A stretch of 64,000 nucleotides of DNA from an uncultured Ignavibacteria bacterium (GCA_964580215.1 CAZOJT010000001.1:126475-190474), one strand, 5' to 3'. Positions 46,033 to 56,639 are shown, numbered from the stretch's first letter. Translations and numbers: made by a program. Notes: generated by a model not told the origin, from the sequence alone.

Positions 46033-48504
46033 CTAAGTTAAAGATTTCTCTGGTGCGGCTTTGCGTTTCTCCTTTCCCTTGGCTCTGATATCGAACCTCA
46101 ACTTCTTCTCCTCTTCCTTTCTGTCTATGGTTACCTCGCACCCCCCGGAGAACTGCCCCTTCAATATCTCCTCGGCTAAAGGATCCTCTACATGCTTCTG
46201 AATGGCCCTTCTCAATGGGCGGGCGCCGAAAGTGGGGCTGTATCCCTTTTCCGCCAAAAACTCTTTGGCTGGAGAGGTTAGCTCAAAGGTGATTCCTCTC
46301 TCTTCTAATCTCTTGGATACGTCCGAAAGAAGTATGTCGATAATCTGCATAACCTCCTTCATGCCCAGAGCATGGAATACTATGATCTCATCAATACGAT
46401 TCAAGAACTCCGGATTGAAAGTTCGTCTGGTCTCCTCCATAAGTTTCTGCTTCATCTGCTCGTAGGAGGATTTTGTATCCTCTTTCTGAAAGCCTAAGGT
46501 CTTTCCTCCCTTGATCTCCCTTGTTCCCAAATTCGAGGTCATAATCACCACGGTATTTTTAAAGTCAACCCTTCTGCCAAAGCTATCGGTTAAGGCGCCA
46601 TCATCGAACATCTGAAGAAGTATGTTAAAAACATCCGGGTGAGCTTTCTCTATCTCATCTAAAAGGACCACCGAATAAGGTTTTCGCCTCACCTTCTCGG
46701 TAAGCTGTCCTCCCTCCTCATAACCCACATATCCGGGTGGAGCGCCAATCAGACGGGAGACGGAGAACTTCTCCATATATTCGGACATATCGATTCTTAC
46801 CAAAGAGTTCTCATCTTCGAACAGTGATGCGGCCAAAGCCCGGGCTAACTCGGTTTTGCCCACTCCGGTTGGTCCCAGGAAGATGAAGGATCCGATGGGC
46901 CTTCGGGGATCTCCTAAACCTGCCCGATTTCGCCGGATGGCTTTGGAGATGACCCCTATGGCTTCCTCCTGCCCCACAATCCTTTTCTTCAGCTCCTCCT
47001 CCATTCGCAGAAGCTTCCTTGACTCTTTCTCCTCTAACTTGAACAGAGGGATTCCGGTCATCTTGGAGACCACGCAGGATACATCTTCAGCGGTCAAGGT
47101 GACCCGTTCCTTTCCTTTCCCTTCCTCCCAATCTCTTTTCATCTGCTCCAATTTTTCTCTTTTGATCTTCAGCTCATCCCGTAGTTGAGCCGCCCTCTCG
47201 AACTCCTGGTTTTTCACCGCCTTCTCTTTTTCCCGCTGAACTCCAACTATCTCCTGTTCCGTCTTTTCAAAAATCTCCGGGCGGGTGCAGGTGGCAAGAT
47301 GGATCCGGGAGCCAGCTTCATCTATCACATCGATAGCCTTATCCGGCTGAAACTTTCCAGTGATATATCTATCTGACAATTTCACCGCCGCCTCACTAGC
47401 CTCATCCGATATCTTTATCTTATGGTGTTCCTCATACCTGCTTCTTAACCCTTTTAGAATTTTTCTGGTATCCTCGGTGGATGGTGGATCCACCATGATG
47501 GTCTGGAAACGCCGCTCTAAAGCTCCATCCTTCTCGATGTATTTTCGGTATTCATTCAAGGTGGTGGCACCGATGCACTGGATCTCCCCCCGGGAAAGGG
47601 AGGGTTTGAATATGTTGGAGGCATCCAGGGAGCCTTCCGCTCCTCCCGCCCCCACGATGGTATGCAATTCATCCAGAAAGAGGATCACATCCTTGCAGTT
47701 TATGATCTCATTCATCACCGCCTTCATCCTCTCCTCGAACTGCCCCCGGTATTTAGTTCCTGCCACCAAAGCAGCCATATCCAGACAAACGATTCTTTTA
47801 TTCTCCAGGGTTTGAGGGACTTTGCCGGCTACTATCCTCTGCGCCAGACCCTCGGCTATGGCGGTTTTGCCCACTCCCGGCTCACCAATTAAAACCGGAT
47901 TGTTTTTCTTTCTTCGGGAAAGTATCTGGGAAACCCTTTCAATTTCGCTATCTCGACCGATGATGGGGTCCAGCTTCCCCCGGCGAGCCATCTCGGTTAG
48001 ATCTCTTCCAAAATGGTCTAAAGCGGGGGTTTTGCTTTTCTTTCTTTTTCTGGCATAAGAGGATGGCTTTCCACTTTCTATGTTTTTCAGCTCCTCATTC
48101 ACTTCCTTGTAATCCAAATCATACATGGAAAGAACCTGAGCCGCTACCCCCTCTTCATCCCTCAGTATGGCTAAAAGAAGATGCTCGGTATCGATGTCTT
48201 TTGATCTTAATGCGCGTGCCTCCTGTGCGGAGACCTCCAAAAGCTTTTTTGCTCTGGCGGTTAAGGGAAGCTGACCCATGGCCATGGTTCCACCGGAGGG
48301 CTGAACCACATCCTCAACCGACTGCCGCAACTCGTTTAAATCTATCCCTATGTTGACCAGAATCTCAATCGCCTTCCCCTCTCCCAGACGGAGCAGCCCC
48401 AAAAGAAGGTGCTCTGTGCCGATATAATCATGTTTGAGCCTGGCCGCTTCATCCCGGGCATATTCTATGGCCTTACGAGCCCTCTCCGTAAACATCTCAT
48501 TCAT
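46033..48504 (-). CDS. clpC: ATP-dependent Clp protease ATP-binding subunit ClpC (Clp_N x2, AAA1, UVR-like linker, AAA2)
   Basis: N-terminal repeats [35 protein letters not shown]. Walker A motifs [15 protein letters not shown] and [15 protein letters not shown]. 823 aa. Confidence 0.9.
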   Translation of the reverse strand: MNEMFTERARKAIEYARDEAARLKHDYIGTEHLLLGLLRLGEGKAIEILVNIGIDLNELRQSVEDVVQPSGGTMAMGQLPLTARAKKLLEVSAQEARALRSKDIDTEHLLLAILRDEEGVAAQVLSMYDLDYKEVNEELKNIESGKPSSYARKRKKSKTPALDHFGRDLTEMARRGKLDPIIGRDSEIERVSQILSRRKKNNPVLIGEPGVGKTAIAEGLAQRIVAGKVPQTLENKRIVCLDMAALVAGTKYRGQFEERMKAVMNEIINCKDVILFLDELHTIVGAGGAEGSLDASNIFKPSLSRGEIQCIGATTLNEYRKYIEKDGALERRFQTIMVDPPSTEDTRKILKGLRSRYEEHHKIKISDEASEAAVKLSDRYITGKFQPDKAIDVIDEAGSRIHLATCTRPEIFEKTEQEIVGVQREKEKAVKNQEFERAAQLRDELKIKREKLEQMKRDWEEGKGKERVTLTAEDVSCVVSKMTGIPLFKLEEKESRKLLRMEEELKKRIVGQEEAIGVISKAIRRNRAGLGDPRRPIGSFIFLGPTGVGKTELARALAASLFEDENSLVRIDMSEYMEKFSVSRLIGAPPGYVGYEEGGQLTEKVRRKPYSVVLLDEIEKAHPDVFNILLQMFDDGALTDSFGRRVDFKNTVVIMTSNLGTREIKGGKTLGFQKEDTKSSYEQMKQKLMEETRRTFNPEFLNRIDEIIVFHALGMKEVMQIIDILLSDVSKRLEERGITFELTSPAKEFLAEKGYSPTFGARPLRRAIQKHVEDPLAEEILKGQFSGGCEVTIDRKEEEKKLRFDIRAKGKEKRKAAPEKSLT

Positions 48505-48663
48505 AGAAAACCTCCGCTCCGATTTCTACGTTGATCTGTCAAACCAAAAAAACTTCTCAGGGCTTTTCTGATCCGCCCATCTTCCTTCAACCTCTATTAA
48601 TACATTACGCAAAAAGACTCAAAATGTCAACTGCTTTGGGAAAAGCAACTATAAAAACTCTTT

Positions 48664-48937
48664 CATTTACTAAGAGGAGCAGGAAACAGTTTACATCTTA
48701 TTATTCGTATGAATGTGCGTATGCACTCATACGAGCTTCGCATTGATTTTTTCTCCCACACCTGTTTTGGGCTTGACTTGAAATTCGTATGAATGCATAC
48801 GCATCCCCCTTTAGTAAAGGGGGATTTAGGGGGATTTTCCAAGTTTCAAATGCGTCCCGCAAAATGCGGGACGAATCCCCCCTTCCCCCCCATTTTTTTA
48901 GGGGGGATGTAAACAATTATATGCTCCTCTTAGTAAC
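48664..48937. mobile_element. MITE-like element B, copy 1 (about 275 bp, TIR ttactaagaggagcaggaaacagtttacat)
   Basis: Terminal inverted repeats plus internal palindromes ttcgtatgaatgtgcgtatgcactcatacga and G-tract/C-tract hairpins. It sits between the mcsB stop and the clpC start. Confidence 0.65.
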
Positions 48938-48997
48938 ACAGCTTTTACGTAGACCGACTCGCTTGCTTTGTCTCCAGTGATTTTTTTTGGAAATCTA

Positions 48998-50041
48998 TTA
49001 CCCCAGTTTTGATCTGACCAACTCTGCCCTTATTTGATCCCTCTGGTTCGGCTCCATCCTCTTTTTAAAATATTTCTGCAGATGAGCAGGTTGAGTCAAA
49101 GCCAAAATCTCATTTACCTGAGAGAGGCTCACCATCTCCAAAACACCCATTCCGATTCCCAGCCTTATGGCGGAGAGCATATTCAAAACCTCCTCGGAGG
49201 TTAAGGTTCGGGCATATTTTAAGATCCCATAGGCGCGCCAGATTTTGTCCTCTATCTGTTCCTTAGCCTCACTGAACAGTCGCTTTCGGGCATTCTCCTC
49301 ATATTCTATTATCTGCTTTGTAACTCTCTCCAGGCTCTCCACGATATCCTCCTCAGACCTTCCCAGAGTGGTCTGATTGGAGACCTGAAACAGATTTCCC
49401 CACACATCTGAACCCTCTCCGTAAAAGCCCCTGACCACCAATCCCAGTTTGCTGATCTGGGAGATCACCTTCTCGATCTCCTGGGTCAATGCCAGTCCGG
49501 GCAGATGGATCAAGACCGATGCCCTCATTCCGGTTCCGGTATTGGTGGGACAAGAGGTAAGATAACCAAAGGTGGGATCGAAAGCAAACTCCAGGGACTT
49601 GGACAGCTCATCGTCTATATGATCCGCCATCTGAAACGCCTCCCTTATCTCCAGCCCCGAAGCCAGAGCTTGAATCCTTAAGTGGTCCTCCTCATTGATC
49701 ATCACGCCCACATTCCCTTCTTTTCCGATTAAAAGTGCAGAAAAATCTCTTAATTGAGTAAACTCCAGGCTGACTAAGTGTCTTTCCACCAGAAAGGACC
49801 GATCCAGATCATCCAGTTGGCTGCAATTCACAAATGTCCCCTGTCTCAAATCTGCGCTTTTCTTCACAGCGTTTTTGATAAAGGAGAGAATTCTTTCCCG
49901 CGCATCTGTATCGGCTCTGGAGGGAAAGGGGGAGTTTGCAATGTTGCGCGCCAGCCTCACCCTGGAGGATAAGACCACCTGCGAGTTGGAACCCTCCCCG
50001 GAAAGCCACACCGCTGGTTTTTTCGCCATCTGTTCAAACAT
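48998..50041 (-). CDS. mcsB: Protein arginine kinase McsB (ATP:guanido phosphotransferase)
   Basis: Phosphagen-kinase core GYLTSCPTNTGTGMRASVLIHLPGL. 347 aa. Confidence 0.85.
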   Translation of the reverse strand: MFEQMAKKPAVWLSGEGSNSQVVLSSRVRLARNIANSPFPSRADTDARERILSFIKNAVKKSADLRQGTFVNCSQLDDLDRSFLVERHLVSLEFTQLRDFSALLIGKEGNVGVMINEEDHLRIQALASGLEIREAFQMADHIDDELSKSLEFAFDPTFGYLTSCPTNTGTGMRASVLIHLPGLALTQEIEKVISQISKLGLVVRGFYGEGSDVWGNLFQVSNQTTLGRSEEDIVESLERVTKQIIEYEENARKRLFSEAKEQIEDKIWRAYGILKYARTLTSEEVLNMLSAIRLGIGMGVLEMVSLSQVNEILALTQPAHLQKYFKKRMEPNQRDQIRAELVRSKLG

Positions 50042-50066
50042 AATCTGATACCTTTTTGAATAAACT

Positions 50067-50567
50067 TCATTTTTTGGCAGCCAAAGCCTTTATTCGATCT
50101 CTGATCTGGGCGGCTTTTTCGAAATCTTCTTCTTCGATAGCTTTCCTCAACTTCTCTTGAAGCTTTGTTTCCTCCCACAAAGGTTTCATCACATTCCTGG
50201 TAGTGTGAGGGTATTTCCCCCGATGCTGGGTGGAACCGTGGATCTTTCTCAAAAGATCGTTAAGCTGGCTTTTGAAGGTAACGTAACAGTTCCCACATCC
50301 CAGACGCCCTGTTTTGGCGAAATCGGAGAAGCTCATCCCGCAGTCAGTGCAAACAACCTCGGACTCTTTGCTGGGCTTCTGCATCTTGGTCTGACTGAGC
50401 ATACTAGCTAAGAACTCAGCTAAGGGGAAGGGCACTCCCTCCAGAGGATTACGAAATCCCCTCTTCTCTGCACATTCCCGGCAAAGATTTAAAACCACCT
50501 TCTTGTTGTTGATCACCTCGGTCAGATGAACCGTAGCTTCTCTTTTCCCACAATCCTGACACAGCAT
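50067..50567 (-). CDS. mcsA: McsA (protein-arginine kinase activator; zinc-finger + C-terminal UVR motif)
   Basis: Cys pairs CQDCGK...CRECA and CTDCG...CGNCY. C-terminal UVR-like KLRKAIEEEDFEKAAQIRDRIKAL. Confidence 0.8.
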   Translation of the reverse strand: MLCQDCGKREATVHLTEVINNKKVVLNLCRECAEKRGFRNPLEGVPFPLAEFLASMLSQTKMQKPSKESEVVCTDCGMSFSDFAKTGRLGCGNCYVTFKSQLNDLLRKIHGSTQHRGKYPHTTRNVMKPLWEETKLQEKLRKAIEEEDFEKAAQIRDRIKALAAKK

Positions 50568-50635
50568 GTTATTCGCCTTTTACCTCATGTTTAGAGATGT
50601 CTTTAAAGAAACTATTTTAAAAGAACGATTGGAGT

Positions 50636-50706
50636 GTTCACCTTTAGGTGAACCAGGTTGCACTTCTATACTTTATAAATAATCTCAGGTCAAGCTAAAG
50701 CTTGAC
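50636..50706. promoter_or_regulatory. Two perfect palindromes (GTTCACC-TTTA-GGTGAAC and GTCAAGCT-AA-AGCTTGAC) upstream of mcsA-mcsB-clpC
   Basis: Seen directly at 50636-50653 and 50689-50706, in the 215-bp gap upstream of the operon. No ctsR gene is present. Confidence 0.35.
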
Positions 50707-50782
50707 ACTCCAGAACCCAGAACCCTTTTTTCAATCTGACTTTTTCAGAGATCTCTTTTTACCTCTCCTGAATCTTCAATTT

Positions 50783-51484
50783 TTATTTTGAACCCGGCAT
50801 CGCCTTGCCCTCAACCAAAGTGATTATCCGATGAGCTCTCTCTGCCAGAAGATGATTGTGCGTGGCGATAATAAAAGTCTGACCCTTCTTACCACTCAAC
50901 TCGGATATAAGATTATGTAACTCCTCTCCGGTTGCCCTGTCTAAGTTTCCGGAGGGCTCGTCTGCGATCACTATCTGAGGCTCATTGATCAATGCCCGCG
51001 CCACTGCCACCCTCTGCTGTTCCCCTCCGGACAGCTCTCCAGGCTTATGATAGGCTCTATCAGCAAGTCCCACCTCCGAAAGCAGTTGCGCTGCCTTCTT
51101 TCTAATTGAACTCATCTCCTCTCCGGCAATAAGTCGAGGCATCATCACGTTCTCCAGGGCGGAAAACTCCGGCAGAAGATGATGAAACTGAAACACAAAT
51201 CCTATGGTCTTGTTTCTGAAATGTGCCAGCTTTTTGTCGCTTAAGGCAAAGACGTCGGTGGAGTCCAATCTCACCTTTCCCTTTGTAGGTCGATCCAATG
51301 CTCCCAAGATGTGAAGCAGAGTGCTTTTCCCCACCCCGGATGCGCCCACCACAGATACTATCTCGCCTCGTCTTATCCCGATGTCCACTCCCTTTAATAC
51401 GTGAAGCGTTTCAGCACCCGTTTGAAAGCTCTTGTGGATGTCAACGCCTTCTAATACAATATCGTCGTCTCTGGTCTGTTTCAC
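50783..51484 (-). CDS. ABC transporter ATP-binding protein (LolD/FtsE/MacB-type ATPase)
   Basis: Walker A GASGVGKSTLLHIL, signature LSGGEQQRVAVARAL and Walker B IVIADEPSGNLD. Confidence 0.8.
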   Translation of the reverse strand: MKQTRDDDIVLEGVDIHKSFQTGAETLHVLKGVDIGIRRGEIVSVVGASGVGKSTLLHILGALDRPTKGKVRLDSTDVFALSDKKLAHFRNKTIGFVFQFHHLLPEFSALENVMMPRLIAGEEMSSIRKKAAQLLSEVGLADRAYHKPGELSGGEQQRVAVARALINEPQIVIADEPSGNLDRATGEELHNLISELSGKKGQTFIIATHNHLLAERAHRIITLVEGKAMPGSK

Positions 51485-51978
51485 AATCTTATTATATTTT
51501 TATTTTCGCCATTTTTTTCGCTTTATTTACCAACAGCATCAAACTTTGAGCATCCAATAACATTTTAGCTTGAAAAATGGATTTGTCAATAGAAAAGTGA
51601 ACTGAAAATGTAGATACCAAATACAAATCAGACACCCCCGAAAGGTTTACCCTTACGGGCTCACCAAAGGCGGGATGGATAATAACGTCTACAGGTAGCA
51701 GAAAATCCCTCACAGCAGATTAAGCAGATAAAAATCATCGGTATCAGCTTAATCCGTTTAATCAGCTGTGAGGCATTCTCCTGCTCCCCGATATGTTATC
51801 CTAACGGGGGCGCATGTCCTCCCCTCTGGGGATCTCCGTCATCCCACGACATTAGTCGAAGATCCCGCCGAAGGCGGTGATTGAAAACCCCGCCAGAGTG
51901 GGGCGGTATCAATAAAATGACGCCCATACAAAAATCAAACTTGAGATTGAATCCACCTTAAGCTATATTATAAAAGTT

Positions 51979-52013
51979 CCTCTTGGGTATCCGATATGTA
52001 TCTGGTCATTACA
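51979..52013. promoter_or_regulatory. Second copy of the conserved 35-bp element (see 23968-24002)
   Basis: tcctcttgggtatccgatatgtatctggtcattaca, then aagtgaactgaaaag and tttcgccattttttt. Confidence 0.4.
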
Positions 52014-52557
52014 AAGTGAACTGAAAAGTTTCGCCATTTTTTTCAATTTACCCCACAGGCTGAAGCTACGTTGCACACCCGGGTACTCCATTAGCAAAAA
52101 TATGGCGAAAAATTGTTGATTTTTGGAAGAAAATGGCTATGTTAAGGGCAATTTGTTGCCCGACAGAACTTTTAGGTCACAGAAGTTTTCGGACATAAGA
52201 TAAGGAGGTAACTACTTGGAAATTCATTTTGGAACTGGCATAAGAGCTCCGAACCCCACCCTGTGGAGCGGGATAGAATGTATCCTGAGTTTAATAGTGT
52301 TTAAAGGTCAAACATCAATTTTAAGGAGAAAGCGTCAAGATGAATTCATAAAAAGGTTGAGATGTTCGGTTAACGTTGGCGAAGTCCGAATTTGGATCCA
52401 TAGGACTGGTATCGATGCTGGAGGCTCGAAGTTGGAAGCTGAAACACCTAATTGGACAAAGAAATCTTCGAGTGTCGAGCTTCGAAAGACAAACTTCGTT
52501 ACGAATCTCGACAACAACATCCGAGCATCGAGCCTTATCAAAGGAGGTGATTAAAAT

Positions 52558-52917
52558 ATGCCAACCATAGTTCATTTTGAAATCCCGGCAGACGATCCTG
52601 AGCGGGCAAAGAAATTCTACACCGATCTTTTTGGCTGGAAAATCGAAAAAACACCAGAAATGGATTACTGGATGATTGCCACCAGCGGTGAAAAGGCAGT
52701 GGATGGTGGTATGATGAAGAGACAAGAACCGCATCAACCAATTACCAACTACATTGATGTCCCTTCCATAGATGAATATGCCGCCAAAGTGGAAAAGCTC
52801 GGTGGCAAAGTAGTTATGCCCAAAACGGCTGTGCCAACTATGGGATACTTCGCTGTATGTCTTGATACCGAGAACAATGTCTTTGCCCTGTGGCAATCGG
52901 ACAAAAGCGCAAAGTAA
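52558..52917 (+). CDS. VOC-family (glyoxalase/bleomycin-resistance fold) protein
   Basis: 119 aa. The N-terminus IVHFEIPADDPERAKKFYTDLFGWK is typical of VOC. Strong RBS AGGAGGTG. Confidence 0.8.
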   Translation: MPTIVHFEIPADDPERAKKFYTDLFGWKIEKTPEMDYWMIATSGEKAVDGGMMKRQEPHQPITNYIDVPSIDEYAAKVEKLGGKVVMPKTAVPTMGYFAVCLDTENNVFALWQSDKSAK

Positions 52918-53073
52918 CACCCGGCGGGGTTCGGAAGCAGTAGTATTCCCAGAGTTTCAGTTGCGTCGGGAAATTGTTTTCCCGACGCAATGCCCGAATG
53001 ACGCAAACTCAGACATATTTAGATGTCAGGTGTGAAGCAGATATGGGCTGTTGCATGAAGAGGGTGTCTCAGC

Positions 53074-54273
53074 ATGAAAAGATATGAAAGAATAATATCG
53101 ACTATAAAAGAAGAAACTGGTCTCCTTAAAATGATTCAATCGGGGCTTAAACCGGAAGAGATAAAACAGGCAGTTATTGAATCGCTTGAACCCTATTTTG
53201 TGAATAAAGATGTTCTTGCGGAGCTTGCCACAGAAGCACTTGTTGGCGACAGTATAAACCTTATCAGGCTTCAGAAAAGCCCATGGTTCTTTCGCAGATT
53301 TGAGAAATGCCTTTCCACCTATCGCAACGCAAAAAGTCGAGATGCGCGGAGTAGTTTTGAATGTTGCGCGGCGTGGCGCTCCGGCATTAACGAAAGCATA
53401 TCGAAGTTTTGGAGCGTTCTCCATCTGGAAGTTGATAAGAATACTCTTGAAATTGAGGAATTCTTGCAGGAGTGTCTCAGTAATATCGGTGATATAATTG
53501 AAGGAATAACAAAACCGTATTTAAAAGCCCTTCTTCACCAAATGAGAATTGCCGAAGGGGTCAAAACTGCTTTTGGGCACATCGACTCTTTGGATTTGGG
53601 CACAACCGTGAATGAGTTAATCCAAGAAAGCGGTTATCCGGAACTTTTCATGCCGCCTCCGTGGAAAATCCGACTCAATCAATGGCGAAACATCGCCTAC
53701 CACAGCACGGCCGGAGTCGAGGACAATCTCATTATTTGTTGGTATGGAAAATCACCCAACATTAGGACTGTTCGCTTTCCCAGGAACGAACTTCTGGAGG
53801 CTGTCCACACTATTTTTCATATATTCAAGACTTTGAAACTGGCTGACAGTATCTTCTTCATGGATAACGTTAAAGAAATCCGAAAGCTTCTTCCGCACGG
53901 CGATATAAGACCGGAGGCGGAATTTCTGAATTTTGCCGCGGGCTTAGCGTCTCAAGGGTTCGAAATAGTCGAGTATGTTAAGGCGCCCAATGAAGCAAGA
54001 CTCATTGTAAAGGACATCTCTAGCTTAAACCCAAATGAACGCCGATCGCACGCTTCACAGTTCTTATTCCCCCTTTGGCTAGTCACTGGCTCAAGGGAAG
54101 TAATAGTGGAGTACCGAGAGAGGGACAACACGCCCAATGTCAGGGTGAGCACTGACTCCGCCACGTGCCAAAAGATCTATGACGGAGAACTAGACCCGTT
54201 GACTTTGGCAAAAACAATGAAGATTGTGAAGCTGAAGAGAAACAATGCTTCGACACCACGGGATGGTAGTTAG
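53074..54273 (+). CDS. Hypothetical 399-aa protein, no recognisable domain (GC-rich relative to neighbours)
   Basis: Long clean ORF with no motif I can place. It is followed 150 nt later by a GIY-YIG nuclease gene on the same strand. Confidence 0.45.
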   Translation: MKRYERIISTIKEETGLLKMIQSGLKPEEIKQAVIESLEPYFVNKDVLAELATEALVGDSINLIRLQKSPWFFRRFEKCLSTYRNAKSRDARSSFECCAAWRSGINESISKFWSVLHLEVDKNTLEIEEFLQECLSNIGDIIEGITKPYLKALLHQMRIAEGVKTAFGHIDSLDLGTTVNELIQESGYPELFMPPPWKIRLNQWRNIAYHSTAGVEDNLIICWYGKSPNIRTVRFPRNELLEAVHTIFHIFKTLKLADSIFFMDNVKEIRKLLPHGDIRPEAEFLNFAAGLASQGFEIVEYVKAPNEARLIVKDISSLNPNERRSHASQFLFPLWLVTGSREVIVEYRERDNTPNVRVSTDSATCQKIYDGELDPLTLAKTMKIVKLKRNNASTPRDGS

Positions 54274-54424
54274 CCGCGAGGCGCCTTTTTGTGGGACTTC
54301 ATGTAACCTTGGCAAGTCTTCCGCAAAAACGCAAAGAGAGAAAACGAGAAGTCTGCTGCTTGGCCCTCAGCCAAACGAGTGTTTCTTCAATCGTTGGGCC
54401 GAAAGCTGATTTCAGGAAGGATTC

Positions 54425-54880
54425 ATGTTTACAGATCAACAAATACGGCGATACCTTCGCAGAATGGAAAGCAAGCTAATGACGGAAGCAAACAGAAGAA
54501 AGGTAAGGCTATCGACTGACTGGGTAAACGAACGTCCTGACAAACCTGGCGCCTATATTGCGTTTGAGGGTCGGGTCGTAGTTTACGTCGGAGAAACCGG
54601 GAACCTTCGAGCACGCATGAGAGATCTGCTTGACTCGCGCCGCCATAGTCTCCGCAGAAACATTGGAAAGCATAACTTCTCAGGGGACAAAGGCTATCGG
54701 GATGCCACCACTCGAAGGAAGTTTCCAAAACACATTGAGAACAGTGTCGTCAGATGGCTCGAGAAAAAGGTTAGCATCTCACTAGTGCCAATGAAGCTAG
54801 GGCGAAAAGAACTGGAGGAGAAGCTTGTTCATAAACATGATCCAAAATACAACAAAAGGCGCCAACGAAAGACACGCTAG
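54425..54880 (+). CDS. GIY-YIG nuclease-domain protein (151 aa)
   Basis: GAYIAFEGRVVVYVGETGNLRARMRDL matches the GIY-(10)-YVG..N...R core. The C-terminal tail is basic. Confidence 0.6.
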   Translation: MFTDQQIRRYLRRMESKLMTEANRRKVRLSTDWVNERPDKPGAYIAFEGRVVVYVGETGNLRARMRDLLDSRRHSLRRNIGKHNFSGDKGYRDATTRRKFPKHIENSVVRWLEKKVSISLVPMKLGRKELEEKLVHKHDPKYNKRRQRKTR

Positions 54881-55033
54881 AAAAACTTCAACAGTTCGCC
54901 GAGCTCCCGGTCCTGAGCGTATCGAAGCATGTAGAGGGGGAGACAGGTGCGCGAGGTAAAGATAGGGAAACTTGACTTTCTGGCACAAGCGATTTGTCTT
55001 TGTGAAAACTACTTGCCCGGAGGAGTCCAGGAA

Positions 55034-56372
55034 TATGCAAATGTACGAGATAATCAGCAAGAAAAGAGACAAAAAAAAACTTACCCAGGAGGAGATAGAG
55101 TATTTCGTCTCAGGTTATACCAAAGGTCAAATCCCCGACTATCAGGCATCCGCGCTTCTGATGGCTATTTTCCTAAACGGCATGGATGCGGAGGAGACCT
55201 TCCACTTGACCTTATCCATGATGAAGTCCGGCAGGGTTCTTGATCTGAGCTCTGTTCGGGGAATGAAGGTTGACAAGCACAGCACTGGAGGAGTGGGGGA
55301 TAAGGTCTCGTTGATACTTGCCCCTCTGGTCGCCTCATGCGGGGTTAAGGTTCCCATGATCTCCGGAAGGGGACTGGGTCATACCGGCGGAACTTTGGAC
55401 AAATTGGAGTCCATTCCCGGATTCCGTACAGATCTATCTTTAACAAGATTTGTAAGAATGCTCTCAGACGTCGGTGTCTGCATGATCGGACAGACAAAAG
55501 AGATTGCACCTGCCGACAGAAAAATGTATGCTCTAAGAGACGTAACCGCTACGGTGAGCTCCATACCTCTGATCGCCTCCAGCATCATGAGCAAAAAATT
55601 AGCCGAGGGGGCAGATGGGTTTGTATTCGATGTCAAGGTGGGAAACGGAGCCTTCATGCAAAAAAAGGATGAGGCTGTGTTTCTGGCAAAGAGTTTGATC
55701 CAGATAGCAAAAAGATTCAAAAAGAAAGCGGTGGCTTTGATAACTAACATGAATGAACCGCTAGGCGAGGCGGTGGGGAACTCCATTGAGGTGATGGAAG
55801 CCATCCAGGCTTTGAAAGGAAAAGCTCCACAGGATCTTATGGAAGTTACCCTGAGCTTGAGCGCACACATGCTTGTTTTAGGGAAAAAGGCGAAGAATCT
55901 GAAGGATGCAGAAAAGAAGTTAAGTCAAGCCATAGAAACCGGTAAGGCACTGGATAAATTTGAAGAGATGATCAAAAAACAGGGTGGAAATCCAAAAGTG
56001 TTATTTGACTTTGGGCTTTTTCCTTGGGTGAAATTCAAGCTTTGGGTAAACTCAAACCGAGAGGGATACGTTCAATCCATAGACACCCGGAAGATCGGAC
56101 TTTCAGCAATGAGGTTGGGTGCTGGCAGAGAGAAGATGGATAGCCCAATTGATCCAGGCGTTGGTTTTTTAATCAAGAAAAAGGTGGGAGATTCTGTCAG
56201 AAAAAGGGAGCCCCTGGCTGTGGTCTTTGCTAACAAACTGAAAAAAGCCAGGCAAGCTTGTTCTGAGATCAGGCAGGCCTATCAGATAACCAAAAGAAAA
56301 ACACCCAGGTTGAAAAAGATTTTATTGATTGTTGATGAAAACGGGACCAGGAGATCAAAGGACGGCTTTTAG
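55034..56372 (+). CDS. deoA: Pyrimidine-nucleoside / thymidine phosphorylase
   Basis: MQMYEIISKKRDKKKLTQEEIEYFV...KHSTGGVGDKVSLILAPLVA...SGRGLGHTGGTLDKLESIPGF. The ORF-track start at 54972 is probably an upstream extension. An ATG at 55034 follows GGAGGAG. Confidence 0.85.
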
Positions 56373-56426
56373 TTATCCCCGCCCAGGGCCAAATTTATGG
56401 TTATGGAGAGCCAGAATCTAACTTAT

Positions 56427-56572
56427 TAAGGAGAGCATATAATTGTTTACATCCCCCCTTTAGAAAAGGGGGGAAGGGGGGATTCGTATGAATGTGCGTA
56501 TGCACTCATACGAGCATACGCACATTCATACGAATAATAAGATGTAAACTGTTTCCTGCTCCTCTTAGTAAG
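56427..56572. mobile_element. MITE-like element B, copy 2 (internally deleted, about 145 bp)
   Basis: Same ends as the copies at 48664 and 63526: ..gagagcatataattgtttacatcccccc... and ...atgtaaactgtttcctgctcctcttagtaa. Confidence 0.6.
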
Positions 56573-56639
56573 TTAAGTTCTGGCTCTTTCCCCCTTCACA
56601 TTTCCTCTGTTTTTCTGTAAGGCAATCTTCTGTCCTTTT

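Noticed and set aside
52321-52920. 199-aa minus-strand ORF covering the VOC gene and upstream region
   Set aside because: It is antisense to a CDS with a clear VOC N-terminal motif and strong RBS. The translation is Cys/Phe-rich without motifs. Spurious.
54972-55033. N-terminal 20-aa extension of the thymidine phosphorylase ORF (MTFWHKRFVFVKTTCPEESRN)
   Set aside because: An internal ATG at 55034 is preceded by a strong GGAGGAG RBS and begins the conserved MQMYEII... N-terminus. The extension is probably not translated.
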